Of a stretch of DNA of 64,000 bases, positions 37,832 to 52,000 are shown piece after piece. The stretch is from positions 196,175,741 through 196,239,740 of the forward strand of contig CM041465.1 of the NCBI GenBank assembly GCA_023213395.1, written 5' to 3'. The notes beneath the pieces were generated by a model. It had not been told where the DNA came from. It was given only the letters and a program-made list of their open reading frames with translations, and made no database searches. This DNA comes from Cycas panzhihuaensis. Its lineage: Eukaryota > Plantae > Cycadophyta. Every line of letters starts with the position of its first letter. The stretch's first letter is position 1. A program made the translations under genes and the position numbers.

Positions 37832-40800
37832 TCAATTATAGAATTTCTTTAGAAATGTACCATTTATAGCTTTGTTAAACTCAAGACCCTCTAATCTGGC
37901 TATTCTATATGCATGATTATCGAGGTTCTCAAGGACAACAAAAGGGCCCACCCATTTAGGGCCAAATTTAGATAGACGATTATAAAGATATCTTAGCTTG
38001 AGGACTTGGTTCCTAAGATTCAAGGGGTGGGGTTGTAGATATTTGGCATATGTCCTTTGTGCCCTAGCCTTAGATGCTAAGTTAGCTTGGTATGCAACCA
38101 AATGTCTCTCATCTAAATCCTCAAGGTTAAGGAGGCGGGCCTGGCAGCACCATTCCTCCTTGACAAACTCTTTAAGGGATACCTTTAAAGAAGGGATCTA
38201 GACTTCTAAAGGCAACACCACCTCAATTTTGTAAACTGAGAAGAAATATGTCATCCATGTAGTGGTTTAGATTGATGTTCGATAGGCCCATAGAGCCGAG
38301 TGGAGTTGGGCATGCCAATCTCTTTGAGATTGAGCAATGGTTTTCTTTAAAATGTTAATTAGAATTTTATTAAAAGATTCAATTTGGCCATTGGCCTAGG
38401 GGTAATAAGGGGATGAGGTCTTATGGGAGATCTTGAATTTCTCACAAAGGTTATCCATCTCTTTATTATAGAATGGAGTTTTATTATCTGTGATGAGGAC
38501 ATCTCGGACCCCAAATCGACAAATACTGTGTTGATATATAAAGGTGACAATTATCTTGTCGGTTATGGAAGACAACAAAATGGCCTCAACCTATTTAGTG
38601 AAGTACTCAGTGGTGGTTAGGATAAATTTATACTAGGCCAAAGAAGGTAGGGTAATGTCTCCAATTAAATCTAATCCCCATTAGGAGAAGGGCCATGGGG
38701 ACATGACGATATACAACACCTTGGAAGACTAGTGAATAACATTTGTATGCTCTTGGTAGCAACGACAATGTTGGGCATAGGAATGGGCATCCTTGAATAA
38801 GGTTGGCCAATAGTACCCCATGTAAAGAATTCTTTGGGCCATTGATTGGCCTTCAAAGTGGCCTCCATATATACCACTATGACATTCATGGAGAATTTGA
38901 TTAGTCTCCTCATAGTTAAGCCAACGAAGAAGGACGCCATCGAAGGATTGGTTGTACAATATGTCCTACATAAGGAAGTATTACTGAGTAGAAGCCCTAA
39001 CACATGAATTCACTTTGTCATGTATTGGCAGGATATTGTTGTTGATAAGGTATTATATTATATCCCCATACCATTTGCTATCAGCTAATGGGTAGGGAGA
39101 TGAGTGTTGGAGAGTGAGGATGGGCTCATTTAGCAATGAATTGTTAATTGGAATTATAAGAGAATTACGGATGGGGGCATCAACCAATTGCTTTATAACT
39201 ATCATATCCTTCTTAGAATTTTGGCTAATAATTTTAAGGTTATATTCTTGAAGGAACACAACCCATTTACTTGCCCTTCCTATTAAGTCTGACCAGGTTA
39301 GAAGGTATCTTAATGGATTGGATTAGATGATCATATAGGTACTGTTGCATAGAAGGTAGTGCTTAAACTTCTTAGTGGTATGGACTAATGTTAAGCACTC
39401 CTTTTTGGCTGGTGGGTAATTTAATTCTATCACCACCAATGCGCAACTAATAAAATATATGGTCCTCTTAATTTTGGAGTCATCTTCCTAGGCTAATATG
39501 ACACCTAGGGATTTATTACTTATCGAGGTATATAAGATAATAGGCAGTTGAAGAGGGGAGGAGCTAATATAAGAGCAGATACAAGAGCTCGCTTGAGCTC
39601 TTTAAATGCTTCTTAGGCCTTAGGAGACCAGATGAATGGGGACCCCTTCTTTAATAAGTTAGTTAAGGGTTTGGCATTTATAATGAAGCCCACCAAGAAA
39701 TATCTCAAGAATCCCAAACTCAACAAGAACGACTTGATTTGTCATTGGGTTCTTAGGTGTGGTATCTCAACAATGGACTTAACCTTGTTGGGATTAATTT
39801 GGATTCCTTGTTTGGAGACAAGGAAACCTAGAATCTGGCTAACTGTCACTGCAAAAATACATTAAAGAAGGTTAAAGTTGATGTGACATTTATGGTATCT
39901 CGCAGAGATCACTCTAAGTTCTGTGGGATGATTAACCCTCTTACATGAGAGGCCCATCATATCATCCATGAAAACTTTGAGAGTTTTGTTTATTAAGTCA
40001 TGAAAAATGAATTACATAGCCCTTTGGTAGGTGGCACCTACATTCTTTAGTCTAAAGGGTATGGCCTCATATGTAAAGGTCCTCCATGGGGTAGTGAAGG
40101 CCATCTTGTGATGGTCTTCTGGGGATATTTGGATTTGATTATACCCAGAGAAGCCATCCATTAGAGACATGACTTCAAAACCAACAGTTCGATCAATGAT
40201 TTGATTAATGAAAGGAAGAAGGAAGTTGTCCTTAGGATAAGCATTGTTTATGTCTCGGAAGTCAATACATATTTGAATCGTCTTGTTCTTTTTTGGCAAT
40301 AGGTATGATGTTTGAAACCCATTTAGAGTAATCAATAGAAGTGATAAGACATGTGTCTAACAACTTTTCCACTTCCATTTTAATAGCAACTAATATTTTT
40401 AGATGAAAAGGGCATTACTTTTATCACATAGACAAGCGTCCGGGATGGTAGTGAGGTTATGGGTGATGATGCTAGGATCTATGTCCTTTATGTCTGAGTA
40501 ATCCCACACAAAGACAACTTAGAATTCTTTGAACAATAGGGTATATTCCTCCATCTCTTAAGGTGAGCACTCTACCCCAACCTTAATGACCTTACTGGGG
40601 GCAAGGATAATGTCCTTGATTGCCCCCATATATATGGCATTCCCTTCCTCAAAGTGAAGGTGAGCTTGGTCAATCAAAAGGTGAGGGAGAGCATTGAGTT
40701 GTTTTAGGTTAGATAAAGGTGACCCAATAGCCAAACACTTCCAGAATCCAAGTCTATAGTGTCTTGGAGGCAAGCTGGGTACAGAACTTACTAGATGCTC

Positions 40801-43800
40801 TAGTAAAGCCTCATTATTCTTGAAGCAATCTATCCCATAGATAGTCTTACTTGATGAGAATGGAGGAATAGGCAAGGGGGCAATGGGCCCATAGTAGTCA
40901 ACCCACCCCTCCACATAATGAGTGGACTATTTCAAGGAGTCTTAGGATGGCCTGCTATGCCCCTACATCCTACCTCATAGAGGGGAGAGCTGGTTAGGAT
41001 CTGGGTCACAAATGATAGTATTATTATATGAAAAGAGAGACTCCTTATCCTCATCATCTATGGGGGATGGCAAGGATTGGGGAGTAAGAGACTACTAAAT
41101 AAATTGAGGATCTACACACATGATGAGGTTGATGGTGCATGGATCCTGGAATAAAGTAATAGAGGTATTATCCTCATAGCAGGTCTTAGGTTGGGACATA
41201 GGGTATAAAGAAGGGTAAGAGGGATGCTCCCTTTGCACATTGAGAAGGGATATGGGATGAGGAGGATCCTCGTATTTGTCATTAGAATCTTGGTCACTCA
41301 TGACGATGAGATACCCATATCTTCCAATGCCAATGGAGGTGAAATAGATTAGGTTTAATTGGGAAGGATGCATCTCCTCTTCTTCTTAAGTGTTTTGAAC
41401 ACCAATAGAGCAAGTGATTGATGGGGTAGATAGATCCTCAACCTCATTAATTGACTCAAAGATCACTTAGTAGGATTAGCGAGGTAGTCTACTAAGGGGA
41501 GGCTCTTGAAAGACAACTTTTATTTTCCTTTCATGGATGAATTTAAGTTGCCTCCATCTAGAGGAACAAATGATCCCTATTTGGTCAAGCCATGGATGTC
41601 CTAAGAAAAGTTTATAGTCCATAACTATATTAGGGATTATAATATCTATTTGGATAGTTTTGTCCTCTAGGGAAAGGGGGATTGACACCATTCCTAGGGG
41701 TGCCTTCTTGCTATCATCATAGCCTTAGCACCTCCATGGGACCAATTCTAGGGCCCCTATCCCTAACTCCTCTATCATGCATACAAGCATGGTATTAATC
41801 GAGGAACTATTATCAATGATGGTCCTCTTCAAAGTAAAGTTTGGGGTATCTATAGTAATGGTGAAAGGGTAGTGCCATTGGCATTCCCTTTTACTAGTTG
41901 AAGGGAGGTCTTTAGGGTCAAAAGTAATTAGGGGGCCCCACTCAAGGAAGTACATACTGAGTGGAATAAGGCATCCTTTTAGCCTAAAGCCTCCAAGAGA
42001 AGGGTTCATTGCTTAGGGTAACTTCGTAGGATGTCCATCATGGACATGGCTACGACTACAACGTGGAGCTCTTCAATAATACAAAAGATCTTCCTCTTCC
42101 TAGTGGGTTTGGGGAGTGCTCTTCAAAAATCATAGAGTTCTAGATAGATGGGAATAGTCTCAAAGATAACAGGGATCTCTGTAGGTGGATTACCGACATA
42201 AGGGTTGTATTGAGAAGTGGAGGCTTCAATAACCTCCTTTGCTACTTGAGACCTTATAATCTGGCATAAGAGGATGATTTCAAGCATTTGAATCATTCTC
42301 TTCCCTTTATTTTTGGGTTGAGAGGATGAGGGATGTTAAGATTTAGGGCTTGTCATAGAGGATGACTCTCTTGACCCCTTCCCCTTCGCTTGGTTAGAAG
42401 AAGGGTTAGGAGATCATCCCCTATTCCTTACCCTCATGTTTTGAGTGGATTAATCATATTCCCCATAGTTAAGGAAAGGATCTCCATAAATAGATTGGTC
42501 TAAATTGGCCTTAGAAGCCCTTCTAGAAGAGGTGTCATGACTTGGTGCAAGCTCGAGATGCTGTGTCCAACATTGTGAGTCCTCGTGGAGACACTCCCCA
42601 TATATAGAACACCACCTCTTCTTAGGAGGAGGTCTTGCCTTCCTTCCCTGAGATGTTTAGGTATTCCCACCTTTAGGTAGCATGGTATAGGAGATCTAGT
42701 GAATAGGTCTATATGACTCTGAAGAGGATTAGAAAGGTTTGAGCTTTAGCTCCTTAATCATACACTTGAAAGAACATATGGCTGAGGTCAAAGGGTCCAA
42801 AGTCCTATTGGTTGTGCTAGAAAAGGGCTTTAAGGGTTATTAGTTTCTTTGATCACATGAAGGAGGGCCTACCTCATGATGTTGTGACTGCTTAGGAGGC
42901 TTTTTGAGACTAACTTAGATCTTAATTGCTTTGAATGCTAAGCATTTAGCTATGGCAGAGTCACAAGTAGTCACCCCCATCTTGAGGACTTCAACATGGA
43001 CCTCAAGGTGAAGAACATTGACAAAGAGATCTTGTTGTAATTCCTTAGGTAAAGTAGCCTTGGAGGAATGAAGGAGATTGTGGAAATGTCTGATAAAGTC
43101 ACGATTAAGTTTATCATGACCTTGCTTAATAGAAAGTAGAACTTTAACCACACTTTCAAAAGGATGGGCTATGCCAAAATAGTTGATGAATTCATTCATT
43201 AATTGTTGGAATGTATCAATTAAATGGACAAGGAGGTAGTAAAACCACTTTAGGATGTCTCCCTACAAGGATCTTGGGAATAATTTTATTAAAATATGAT
43301 CGTAGGCCCGATAATCGATGCACGCCATGGTAAAGCCTCTAACATGCTTGGTAGGGTCCTGTTATAAAGTGCCATTAAACTTGGGCACTTTAGGGGGATG
43401 AGGTAGTAGGTTGGTCTTGAGAGCCTTAATAGAAAGGGGAGTTGATCAGTAGTCAATGAAGGGATAGACCCTTAGTTGAGCTAAGGGATCAACTTGAGGG
43501 ATAAAGGGGGATGGATACATATACTTACTTCCACTAAATAAAGGATAAGATGGTTGAGCATACGAGGCATAGGGGTTTCTATCGATTTGGTTAGAAGGGA
43601 CTGCCTCTATTTGGAGGTATATTGCATAGGAAGATGGGTGAGAAGGTCCCATCCTACCATGAGGGTGTGCCACATATGTAGCAACAATATGTGGGTATGC
43701 TCCTTAAGGAGTTAGTGCATAAGAATGAGGAATAGGAGGGGAACAATTCCCCTTGTAAAGGAGCTATGTATGAAGTCGTACATGCCAAAGATAGTACTAG

Positions 43801-44560
43801 ATAAGAAATGAAGTTTTTCCCATAGGGTTCGCCTATAGGCAACATAACCCCATAGGAATGGAGTAGATCCACCTCATAGGTTGGGAGAGGGTTAGGCCCT
43901 CCATACCCCTAAGGTTGAGATGTATAACCTTGGGGTATGTAGAGTAATAGGTCCACATGTTATGGATGAGGGCACATGGGGATGGATCCTCCATGACCTA
44001 AAGGATGAGGATGTGAAGACACTTGAGGTCTAATAGAAGAGGTATGGGCCATAATTTATTATGGCATAGTCATTTGGATTAAAGGGGGAATGCTTAACCC
44101 TATTTAGGAGATCGACATCCCTTAGAAGGTCCCTTGGGATAAGGGAACACTCGCGGGAGGGGGGACTATAGGAATAAATCCTGTGGTCGAAGAGGGAATA
44201 GGTTGGGATGTAATATGTGGAATGGAGATGGTAAAGGGTGGGGTAGTGCTTTGAAGGAAATTCTCTAACCACTTCAAAGGTGGTTAGATATATGCTGCTT
44301 CAAAGCATTGCCTTAATACCTCTACCACATCCCTAGGGGGAGTTGTCACTTGCTTGTATGAGGTGGACGACTCCTCATACTGAGTAGAACTCATAGGGCA
44401 GTCATCATGGGCCCTCTCACGAGGATGAGAGTGGTCCATGGAGAAAGGCCCTCCTACATCATACGTAGGATAAGGGTGAAACTTTGGATGAGTCTAGTCA
44501 TTAGGGCAGAAGATGGGGTCTTCGCCCTCTTGGGTGGGATCTTAAAGAGGATAAGACATT
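37832..44560 (-). pseudogene. T3 gag-pol (gag, zinc knuckle, PR, RT, degenerate RH, integrase with GPF motif)
   Basis: IIDNSSSIN; ICIDFRDINNAYPKDNF...MDGFSGYNQI; LHECHSGIYGGHF...GYYWPTLFKDA; KFGPKWVGPF...INGTFLKKFY. 5' start approximate. Confidence 0.92.
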
Positions 44561-44890
44561 TAGTAATGGAAATCAGATGTATATGAGTGATATGCCTAAT
44601 CTAATTGATATCCTTACATAAGGGATCCTAGTTTAGATGTTGTAATAGAAGAATACAGGGGTTCTTCTTCCATAGGAGGGAAGCTGCATAAGCGACGAGA
44701 GAAATGTCACATTCACGTCCTACCCAAGGGACTACAAAAGGAGAAAAATTAGCTTTAGGATAAGGCAAAAGGAAACGATTAGCTTTAGGATAAGGCATTG
44801 GTATTATCCAACACACTAAGAAGGTATCAAGAAGTAGATGGGGCTAGTGCTAGAAAATAAAAGGGATGTTAGGTTTTCCTTATTGGCAGT

Positions 44891-44908
44891 TCCCTAGTAT
44901 GGTCACTA
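44891..44908 (-). promoter_or_regulatory. Decayed PBS, probably tRNA-Arg type
   Basis: TAGTGACCATACTAGGGA resembles TGGCGACTCCACTGGGGA after deamination; adjacent to the LTR. Confidence 0.5.
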
Positions 44909-44909
44909 G

Positions 44910-47900
44910 TGGAAGCATGCCTCCGGGGGGTCACTAAGAATATAACACTCTAATTGGATACTAAGGTCAAGGAACAAGGATCTATAGGCACAAAAGAGGA
45001 TTATATTATCCTCAAGGGCATCCGTACATCAGAATGCAAGTTCGAGGACCTACAACAATGTGTGTTCCTCTATCTACTTTAGAGGGTTGAGAATGTTGAG
45101 ATGAAATGTTAAGTTTAGGTGGTGGAAAGGGTAGCATCCTCAGGTTACCGAGTAGCCTAAGTGAGGCTCTTCTATCCTCATTGGGAAAGGAAGAGATAAT
45201 GACTCCTTTTTGAAAAAGGGGAGTGAGATATATATGGGAACAATGTGTGAGGCAAAAATTTCTAGGTTGTTTACTTTTAGCCTAAATGATTACCTTTAGG
45301 GTTTGGGTTATAATGCAAGGTTTATTTGTGGTTTTGTTTGGTTATAAGAGGTGGTGATGTTGTTTCTTCCTTTTTGTTTTGAGGTATAATTTATTGTATG
45401 AAATAGAGGTGTATGGTGTGCAAAATAAAATACCTGTTTTAATAATGCATGTAAATTATGATCACTCACTTCTCGACTCACTTTCCTTTTCTTTTTGCCT
45501 AAAGAAATCTAATCAAGAGATTCAAAAAGGGGAGAGAAAGTGAATAATGTTTATGCAATGTTTCCTTTTCAATTATATTTCTTTCTCATATAAAAGATGA
45601 ATGCAATTCACTCATACTATGTCCCCTAATTCTGTTTCTTCATGCGTATGCAAATATAAAATGACGAGGAGAGTATAATATTTATGTAATATCTTCTTTT
45701 CAATGTAAAAAGGAAGAAACAATCTTTTAACTGATGCTATAAATTTGTGTCTTAGATACAATGTGTATGTGTAAGCAAGAGAAAGAATCTTTTCCACTAT
45801 ACTCTTTATGGGAAGATGAAGGGAGAAGACATGTATGTATGTATATATATTTCCTTTTAAATGCCAAGAATATACTATATGCAAATAAGCCTTTCACTTT
45901 TGTTACAAACAATCAATAAATGAGCTTTAGAGGAAGAAAATAAGGGGAAAGTGGATTTAGGAGGAGTACACCTGGTCAATGATGCTTGGTGAGGATCTTG
46001 TCATGGCTTCTTCCCCATTATTCTCTTGTTGATTGCACAACCTCCCTTATTACCACAAATGCTATTAGGAACAAAAGGGGCTTCCTTACCTTCCCTAAGT
46101 TCAAATAGAAAGTTGCAAAAAGAAAAAGAAAAGGAAAAAGATAAAGCAAAAACATACACCAACTATGATGCTAAAACATGAATTAAAAATTACCTTATAA
46201 TGAATGTCACTTTGCAAGCAATAGTAGGTATTCCACCTACAAGATAAGGACAAGGAAACTACTTGCAAGTGATGTGTGCTATATAGATGTGTCTATGCAA
46301 ATGTTTCCAATATATTTGTTACTCCTTTATAAACTAAGAAACAAAACCAAATGTTATTACATTCCTTCTCAAAATCTCAATATGCAAGAAATAAGAGAGT
46401 GGGAATGGAGAGGAGGGTGTTACCTCAGAATGGCGTGGCTCCCTATATGATAATGGTCTCTCAAATGGCAAGGGGTATCACCCAATTTCATGAGTTTTTT
46501 AGGCACAAATTCAAAGATAAAGGTGAGAATCTCAATATTGAGCAACGGTTTGCTTATCTTATGGTGTGGTTGTAAGATATTGCATTGGTGGAGGATGTGT
46601 ATATACCATGAAATAGGGTATTTTAAGGTGTTGAGAGGGGATTACTCAATGGAAAGGGGGTCCAAAAGTCAGAACTTGGATGCATTTTCCTTTCTACAAC
46701 TCCTCTAACTAGCCAATGCTCTATTCATGCCCTCCACCATTACTCTAAATTGATGATAGGAGTTTTATAGTTTATGGAAGGATGGTTTCCTTCAAGATTT
46801 GCAAGGTGGGCTTAGCTAAGAGCATGGATTGTTACCTCTAGGTCAAAATATTAAGCAAAATACATGGTGAATAATAGAAATTAGAGTAAAACAATAATAT
46901 TCTTTATTGAAGGCAAGCCATAGGTGGACCTTACCCACTTAGGGACAAGAAACTATTGTGGAAGTGAGGAAGTTTGTTGATGACAAGCCTTTGTAGTCAT
47001 TGAAAGAATGCCTCTTGGTGAAATTTTTGATTACTGGATAAGAAGGGAGAGCCTCCTTGACTGTAACAATAGCTTGGGGAAGTCCTCTTCCCTTCAAGGT
47101 CTAGATTTTGCCCCTTTTTCCTTTCTAAAATTTTGATTTTCATATCCTTTCCTAAGAGAACTTGAGACGAATAAAAACTTGCATGAATGATGAGTGAATA
47201 ATAATGAACGAGTAACAAAAAATAATTTTTTTGTGTTTGAAATTCTTCTCGTGATCATTAGGCCTTGATCTAGGCTGACCTTAAGGTGAGGAGACATGTC
47301 AAAAGTGCATTTAATGTGAAAATAGATGTTTCCTGGCTACATTTAAGTTTGTAACAGTCACACCATGAATATATTTACGGGGCGCAAAAAATTAGATCAA
47401 GGTGATAATAGGATGGTAGAATTTATAAAAATAAATAAAAATTGATAAAAATAAATGAAACAGAGTGGGAGCTCACTAGTAGAGGGTTGGAACTCCTCCT
47501 TAAAGCCTTGTAGATTGGTCTTAGGCCACTCTATAAACTGATGGATGACAAAAATACATGGTAAACCCATAAAATCGAGCTTGAACCTAATGAGGATGAT
47601 GACAGTCGAGGCGTCAAAGTGTAGACAGAGCCTAGATAATGAAAATTAGTGAAGATATACATAGAATCTCATGAGGTCTGAATAATGGGATGTAAATTTC
47701 CACTAGAAGTCTTAATAAAACTACCTTAAATGGGCTAAGTGATCAATAAGGCTAAATGAAAAAGGGGGGAAATGTAGTAAAGAAGAACTAATGAGTCAAA
47801 ACTCAATCAAAACTAGGCTATAGAAGCATGAGATGAAACTCTTACTGATTATGAGACCACTATGAGGGCTCAATAGTGCCATTAGATTGGAGTCCTAGTT

Positions 47901-48083
47901 GTCATAGGTAGATAATAAGCACATGCAAGGGAAATAAACGAAACCATCATGCAGTCAATTAGTTAAGCAAACATCACATGAAATAATGACTATAAAGAAT
48001 GCTAATAAAAGTGCAAGATAGAATATATACCTATACTTACCTGTGCAATGATCTCCGAATCTATTCTTAACATATGAGAAATA
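44910..48083 (-). repeat. T3 5' LTR
   Basis: Pairs with 29851-33067. Confidence 0.92.
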
Positions 48084-49064
48084 ACATCCCCCGAAGCAAT
48101 TTTTAGGGTTCGAATAGAAAAGAGAATCAGTGCCATTCATCATAAAGACCCAAGATCTAATAGTTCAGATCTTGTACCTTCTTATGACATTGTTTATATA
48201 ACTTGAATTGGGTAATTCTTTATAGAGTGTAGAGAGTGGATGAGGCAAGTTGGGGTTTAATCTTTGTAATTCTTTAGCTTTTACTCAGATTAATAAAAGA
48301 TCTATGCTTAGACTTGAAACTCCTAGTGTTTTTTGCTATGTGCTAGATTTGTTTATTATATTTATTCTTTATATGGTTAAAGTTCTATTTAATTACTTTT
48401 ATAGTTGCATTTTTCTCTTCAATTAGTCCATATAAATCAGAATGAACCAATAATTTGTCATTTGCCTACTACATGGACTTGCAACATTTTTCTCTTCTAA
48501 ATCTTTTAATATTTCTGAACAAAAGGAAAATTTTGTACTATATTTAACTTACTTCATAACTAGAGACTATGATATTTCAAATGACCAAAATTGTCATGCC
48601 ATAAACCCTCAAAAGAATTTCTAGTAATAAGTTAAAGCTCATATGCTTTAGAGAATTTATACAAACCATTCTCTTGGATGATTTGAGCAATTACATCACC
48701 ATCTTTTCCAATGACACACTTGGTTTTTTAAAATGTAATTCTCATGTTATTTGATATGACAAAACTTACAAAAAGAAAGTTGAATTTTACATAAGGTACA
48801 TAAAGCACATTAGTAATTTTAAAAACATAATCTCACTGATGAATATCAATAATACCTTATCTAACGATAACATACTAACTTTTGTCATCCAAAATAATTT
48901 ATTGGAAAATACCTTTATCAAATTTATTGAACCATTCTTCATGATAAGAAATGTAATTAAAGGCACTAAAATCAACATACCATATGGCTTATTTTTTAAA
49001 CAATGTACAATACACAAAAGTTTTATCTTTATCAACAAATAAGGTAGTAGCTTTACTTGCTTTT

Positions 49065-52000
49065 TATCAGAATATATTACCATACTAACTAATGTTAATG
49101 TGTGGTAAGTTAATGTATGAAATATTCTTGATCTAATATTGGATGAGTTGATGGATGTAATCACATAATGTAATATTATCAAGGCACTTTAGATCTATAA
49201 ATAAAGATCAAAGTCCATTTATGTAATATGCTAGATTTATCAAAAATATAAAATAATATCATTTTGGTGGATTTTCACTTGAGAGGGTTTCCCACCTCAA
49301 ATTTAGTATCTTGTGTGTATTTGTTCTACTTGGATTTGTTGTGTATTAAAGATTCTGTCATCCTTTTTATATATAGGTGTTTCTTAGCATGGTATCAAAG
49401 CTGTAGGAGGTGCACAAGTAGATGAACATTGTCTAGATCATCCAATCATTGGTGCCAGGTCATGTTGGCTTACTCGATGAGAATTAGCTTATTCGACAAC
49501 TAATAGAACTGCCACGAAGGTATGTGGATAAGTAGAAGATGTTTTGTAGCCCTCTTTACTCTATTGCTAGCCATATGAGCCCATTTTGAGCCTACTAAAG
49601 GTGTGAGATTTGTTGTTTGAGGTGCCACTAAGTTTGTAAAGCCCCAGAGGTGATTTTGAAGTCTATTAATCAGTTTTGGAGGTGTTTAAGGTTGCCCACA
49701 TGAGGAGAGATGCTATGCACCTAGTTGCAGACACTTACTAGCCCCTTGTTGATGTGAAATAACCAGTGAGAGAGTTTAAATCTTTAATGAGCCATTACAA
49801 CACCTGTAATATAGTGATATAATAAAGATATTCTCATAAAAATATATTTTCTAAAATATATATAAGCTACCCATAATGTATGCAGTTGTGTGGTGCTTTA
49901 TTTATTCACCTAGTTGATTATAATTGTGTTGCCTGATCTAAATTATTCATTGAATCACCCACTTTAATATTATGTGAGTATATATTTAGTTAACCTGGCC
50001 ACAAATTTATTTGATACCATTGCGTGAATGCATTTGTTGCTATGTATATTATCACTCAATTATTTACATATACAACCACATTTATTTAATTTCCTAACTA
50101 CAACTAGTAATATATATTTTTGTCAACCTCTATTAATATTTATAGCTGTGAGGGTAGCTATAATTATTCTGCACACTATCATTTATCATTGTCCACATTG
50201 AATAATAATTGAGTTTACTGATTATTATATTGAGTTTAGTCACTTTGATAATAATATATAAAATCACTCATTTGAATTGATATCAATCGACACTTTGATA
50301 ATTACATTTAAGTCACATTTTATATATATATAACATCACCCATTTGATACCATTTAATCAACCCTTTTATATATCTCATTGAGTAACCTTTCATAATGAC
50401 ACTTGGCCATTTTTTTATTAAATCACTTGCTAGTTATTTGACATTATGATTTAATATTTGCCACTCATTTATTTCAATAAAGTCACTTTGATTTATTTCA
50501 AAGTTGTTTACCTTATTAAAGGTCTCATTTTATCAGGTTTCAATGTGCTTTATCCTTGATACAATCACTTTTATTACCATTGCCATTAAACATATCATAT
50601 AGATGTATGAATTTATGCCTTTAAGATTTCTTAAGGTGTGATATAATGTTCCGTGCAAATGGGTATACATAGTGGTGTATGGTGAGCTTTCTGAGACTTA
50701 TAAAAGGGGTCGCATAAGACATTGATAGAAAATCTAGTGATATAATGGCAAAGTGACTAGTTCAGGTATATTCTACTGATGATTTGATGGCAATTGAGTG
50801 CTTTCTTGCATGTATTTTACATGAGAAAATTAATAGGTGATGTAAGGGACATGAGGTGACTGGTTATCTCTTTGCATATGTTTACATAAGAGAGGGTTAA
50901 TGGGCGAAAGAGGGCGAGAAGAGTGCAAGGAGGGTGAGTTAATTAAGATACCTTAGCTACAAATAAAAGCAAATTTATATTAGTATTAATGTGGCATAAA
51001 TCATTGCATATATATTATACAGATGTGGTTTATTCATTAAAAAGTGATGGCATGTTTACTCAGTTATATTAGAGTTCTTACTTTAGATGTGAATGTGATA
51101 AAGAGGTTTAGAATTTGCTTGTATAAGTGGTTATTAGTATTGATGGACCGTTATACTTTGGCTAGTTAGATTGATGTTAGCATAAGGGTTTCTGGCCTAT
51201 TTAATACTAGTTCAACGTATGCACATATCTAAATAAGTTTGATGTAAAACTGAGATAGAGTATATTTGCATAAAAATTAAAGTGTGAATGGAAAGGTCTA
51301 TGATGAGAAGCCTTAAAATCAATTCTACCTTTATCATGGTATGGTATAGGAGTTAGTTGTCTTATGTACCCCTCTTTGGATTGAGTTACATATACCATGA
51401 TGTAGATGAGAGGTATTTGTTGTATTATAGGGTTTGCCTCTCATGTTATTTCTGGTAAAAGTTATTGCAGATAGTTGTTTATAAGGCCTCTTCAAAAGTT
51501 ATTCATGGCATATGCCCCATGTTATGGTTGGATAGGCCATAAACCTTCCATTTAATTATCAAGGTATATTAGAGTGCACATAATTAAGACGAAGATCATA
51601 GTAGCAAGATTACAAGAGTTTGGAATGAAAGGAGTTTACAAATAGTATGCTCTATAAGGAGGAGTACATTGTGATTCGTCTAGATGTCAAAGTTGAAGAG
51701 TTTATGACGTATCATGTTGACTGCCATCTGAGTACAACTTTTATCCTTCATTTCTTCCATTTTTGAGCCATGATTTAGTAGGTATGGAGGTTTGTTTACC
51801 TAACATTGTGTTTGAGATGGAAGCAGGACTTAGTATGAGTGATGATGAGGAGTTATTGTTTGAAGAGACATGGATTACAATCCCATGTTCCATTGATGGT
51901 TGGAGACTTGCAGGATGATTAAAGTATGAAGATTAGCATGCCAGTTAAGCCCATGATAGACACTAACATTCCTACAAGTGGAGATTCACAATAGAGAGCT

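Larger units (their letters stand above)
29851..48083 (-). mobile_element. Complete Tat-clade Ty3/gypsy element T3 (18.2 kb)
   Basis: ~3.2-kb LTR pair; decayed TSD GCAAC/ACATC inside the C2 LTR; PBS, gag-pol, antisense PMD, aRH and PPT. Confidence 0.92.
26403..48421 (+). mobile_element. Ty1/copia element C2 (Tnt1/Tork-like gag), internally deleted; second LTR split by T3
   Basis: LTR 26403-26903 followed by decayed PBS TAGTGTTAGAGA. Second LTR is 29669-29850 plus 48089-48421. TSD ATTGG/ATTAG at 26398-26402 and 48422-48426. Confidence 0.85.

Noticed and set aside
29851-48083. 3.2-kb segmental duplication
   Set aside because: Explained as an LTR pair with PBS, PPT and TSD.
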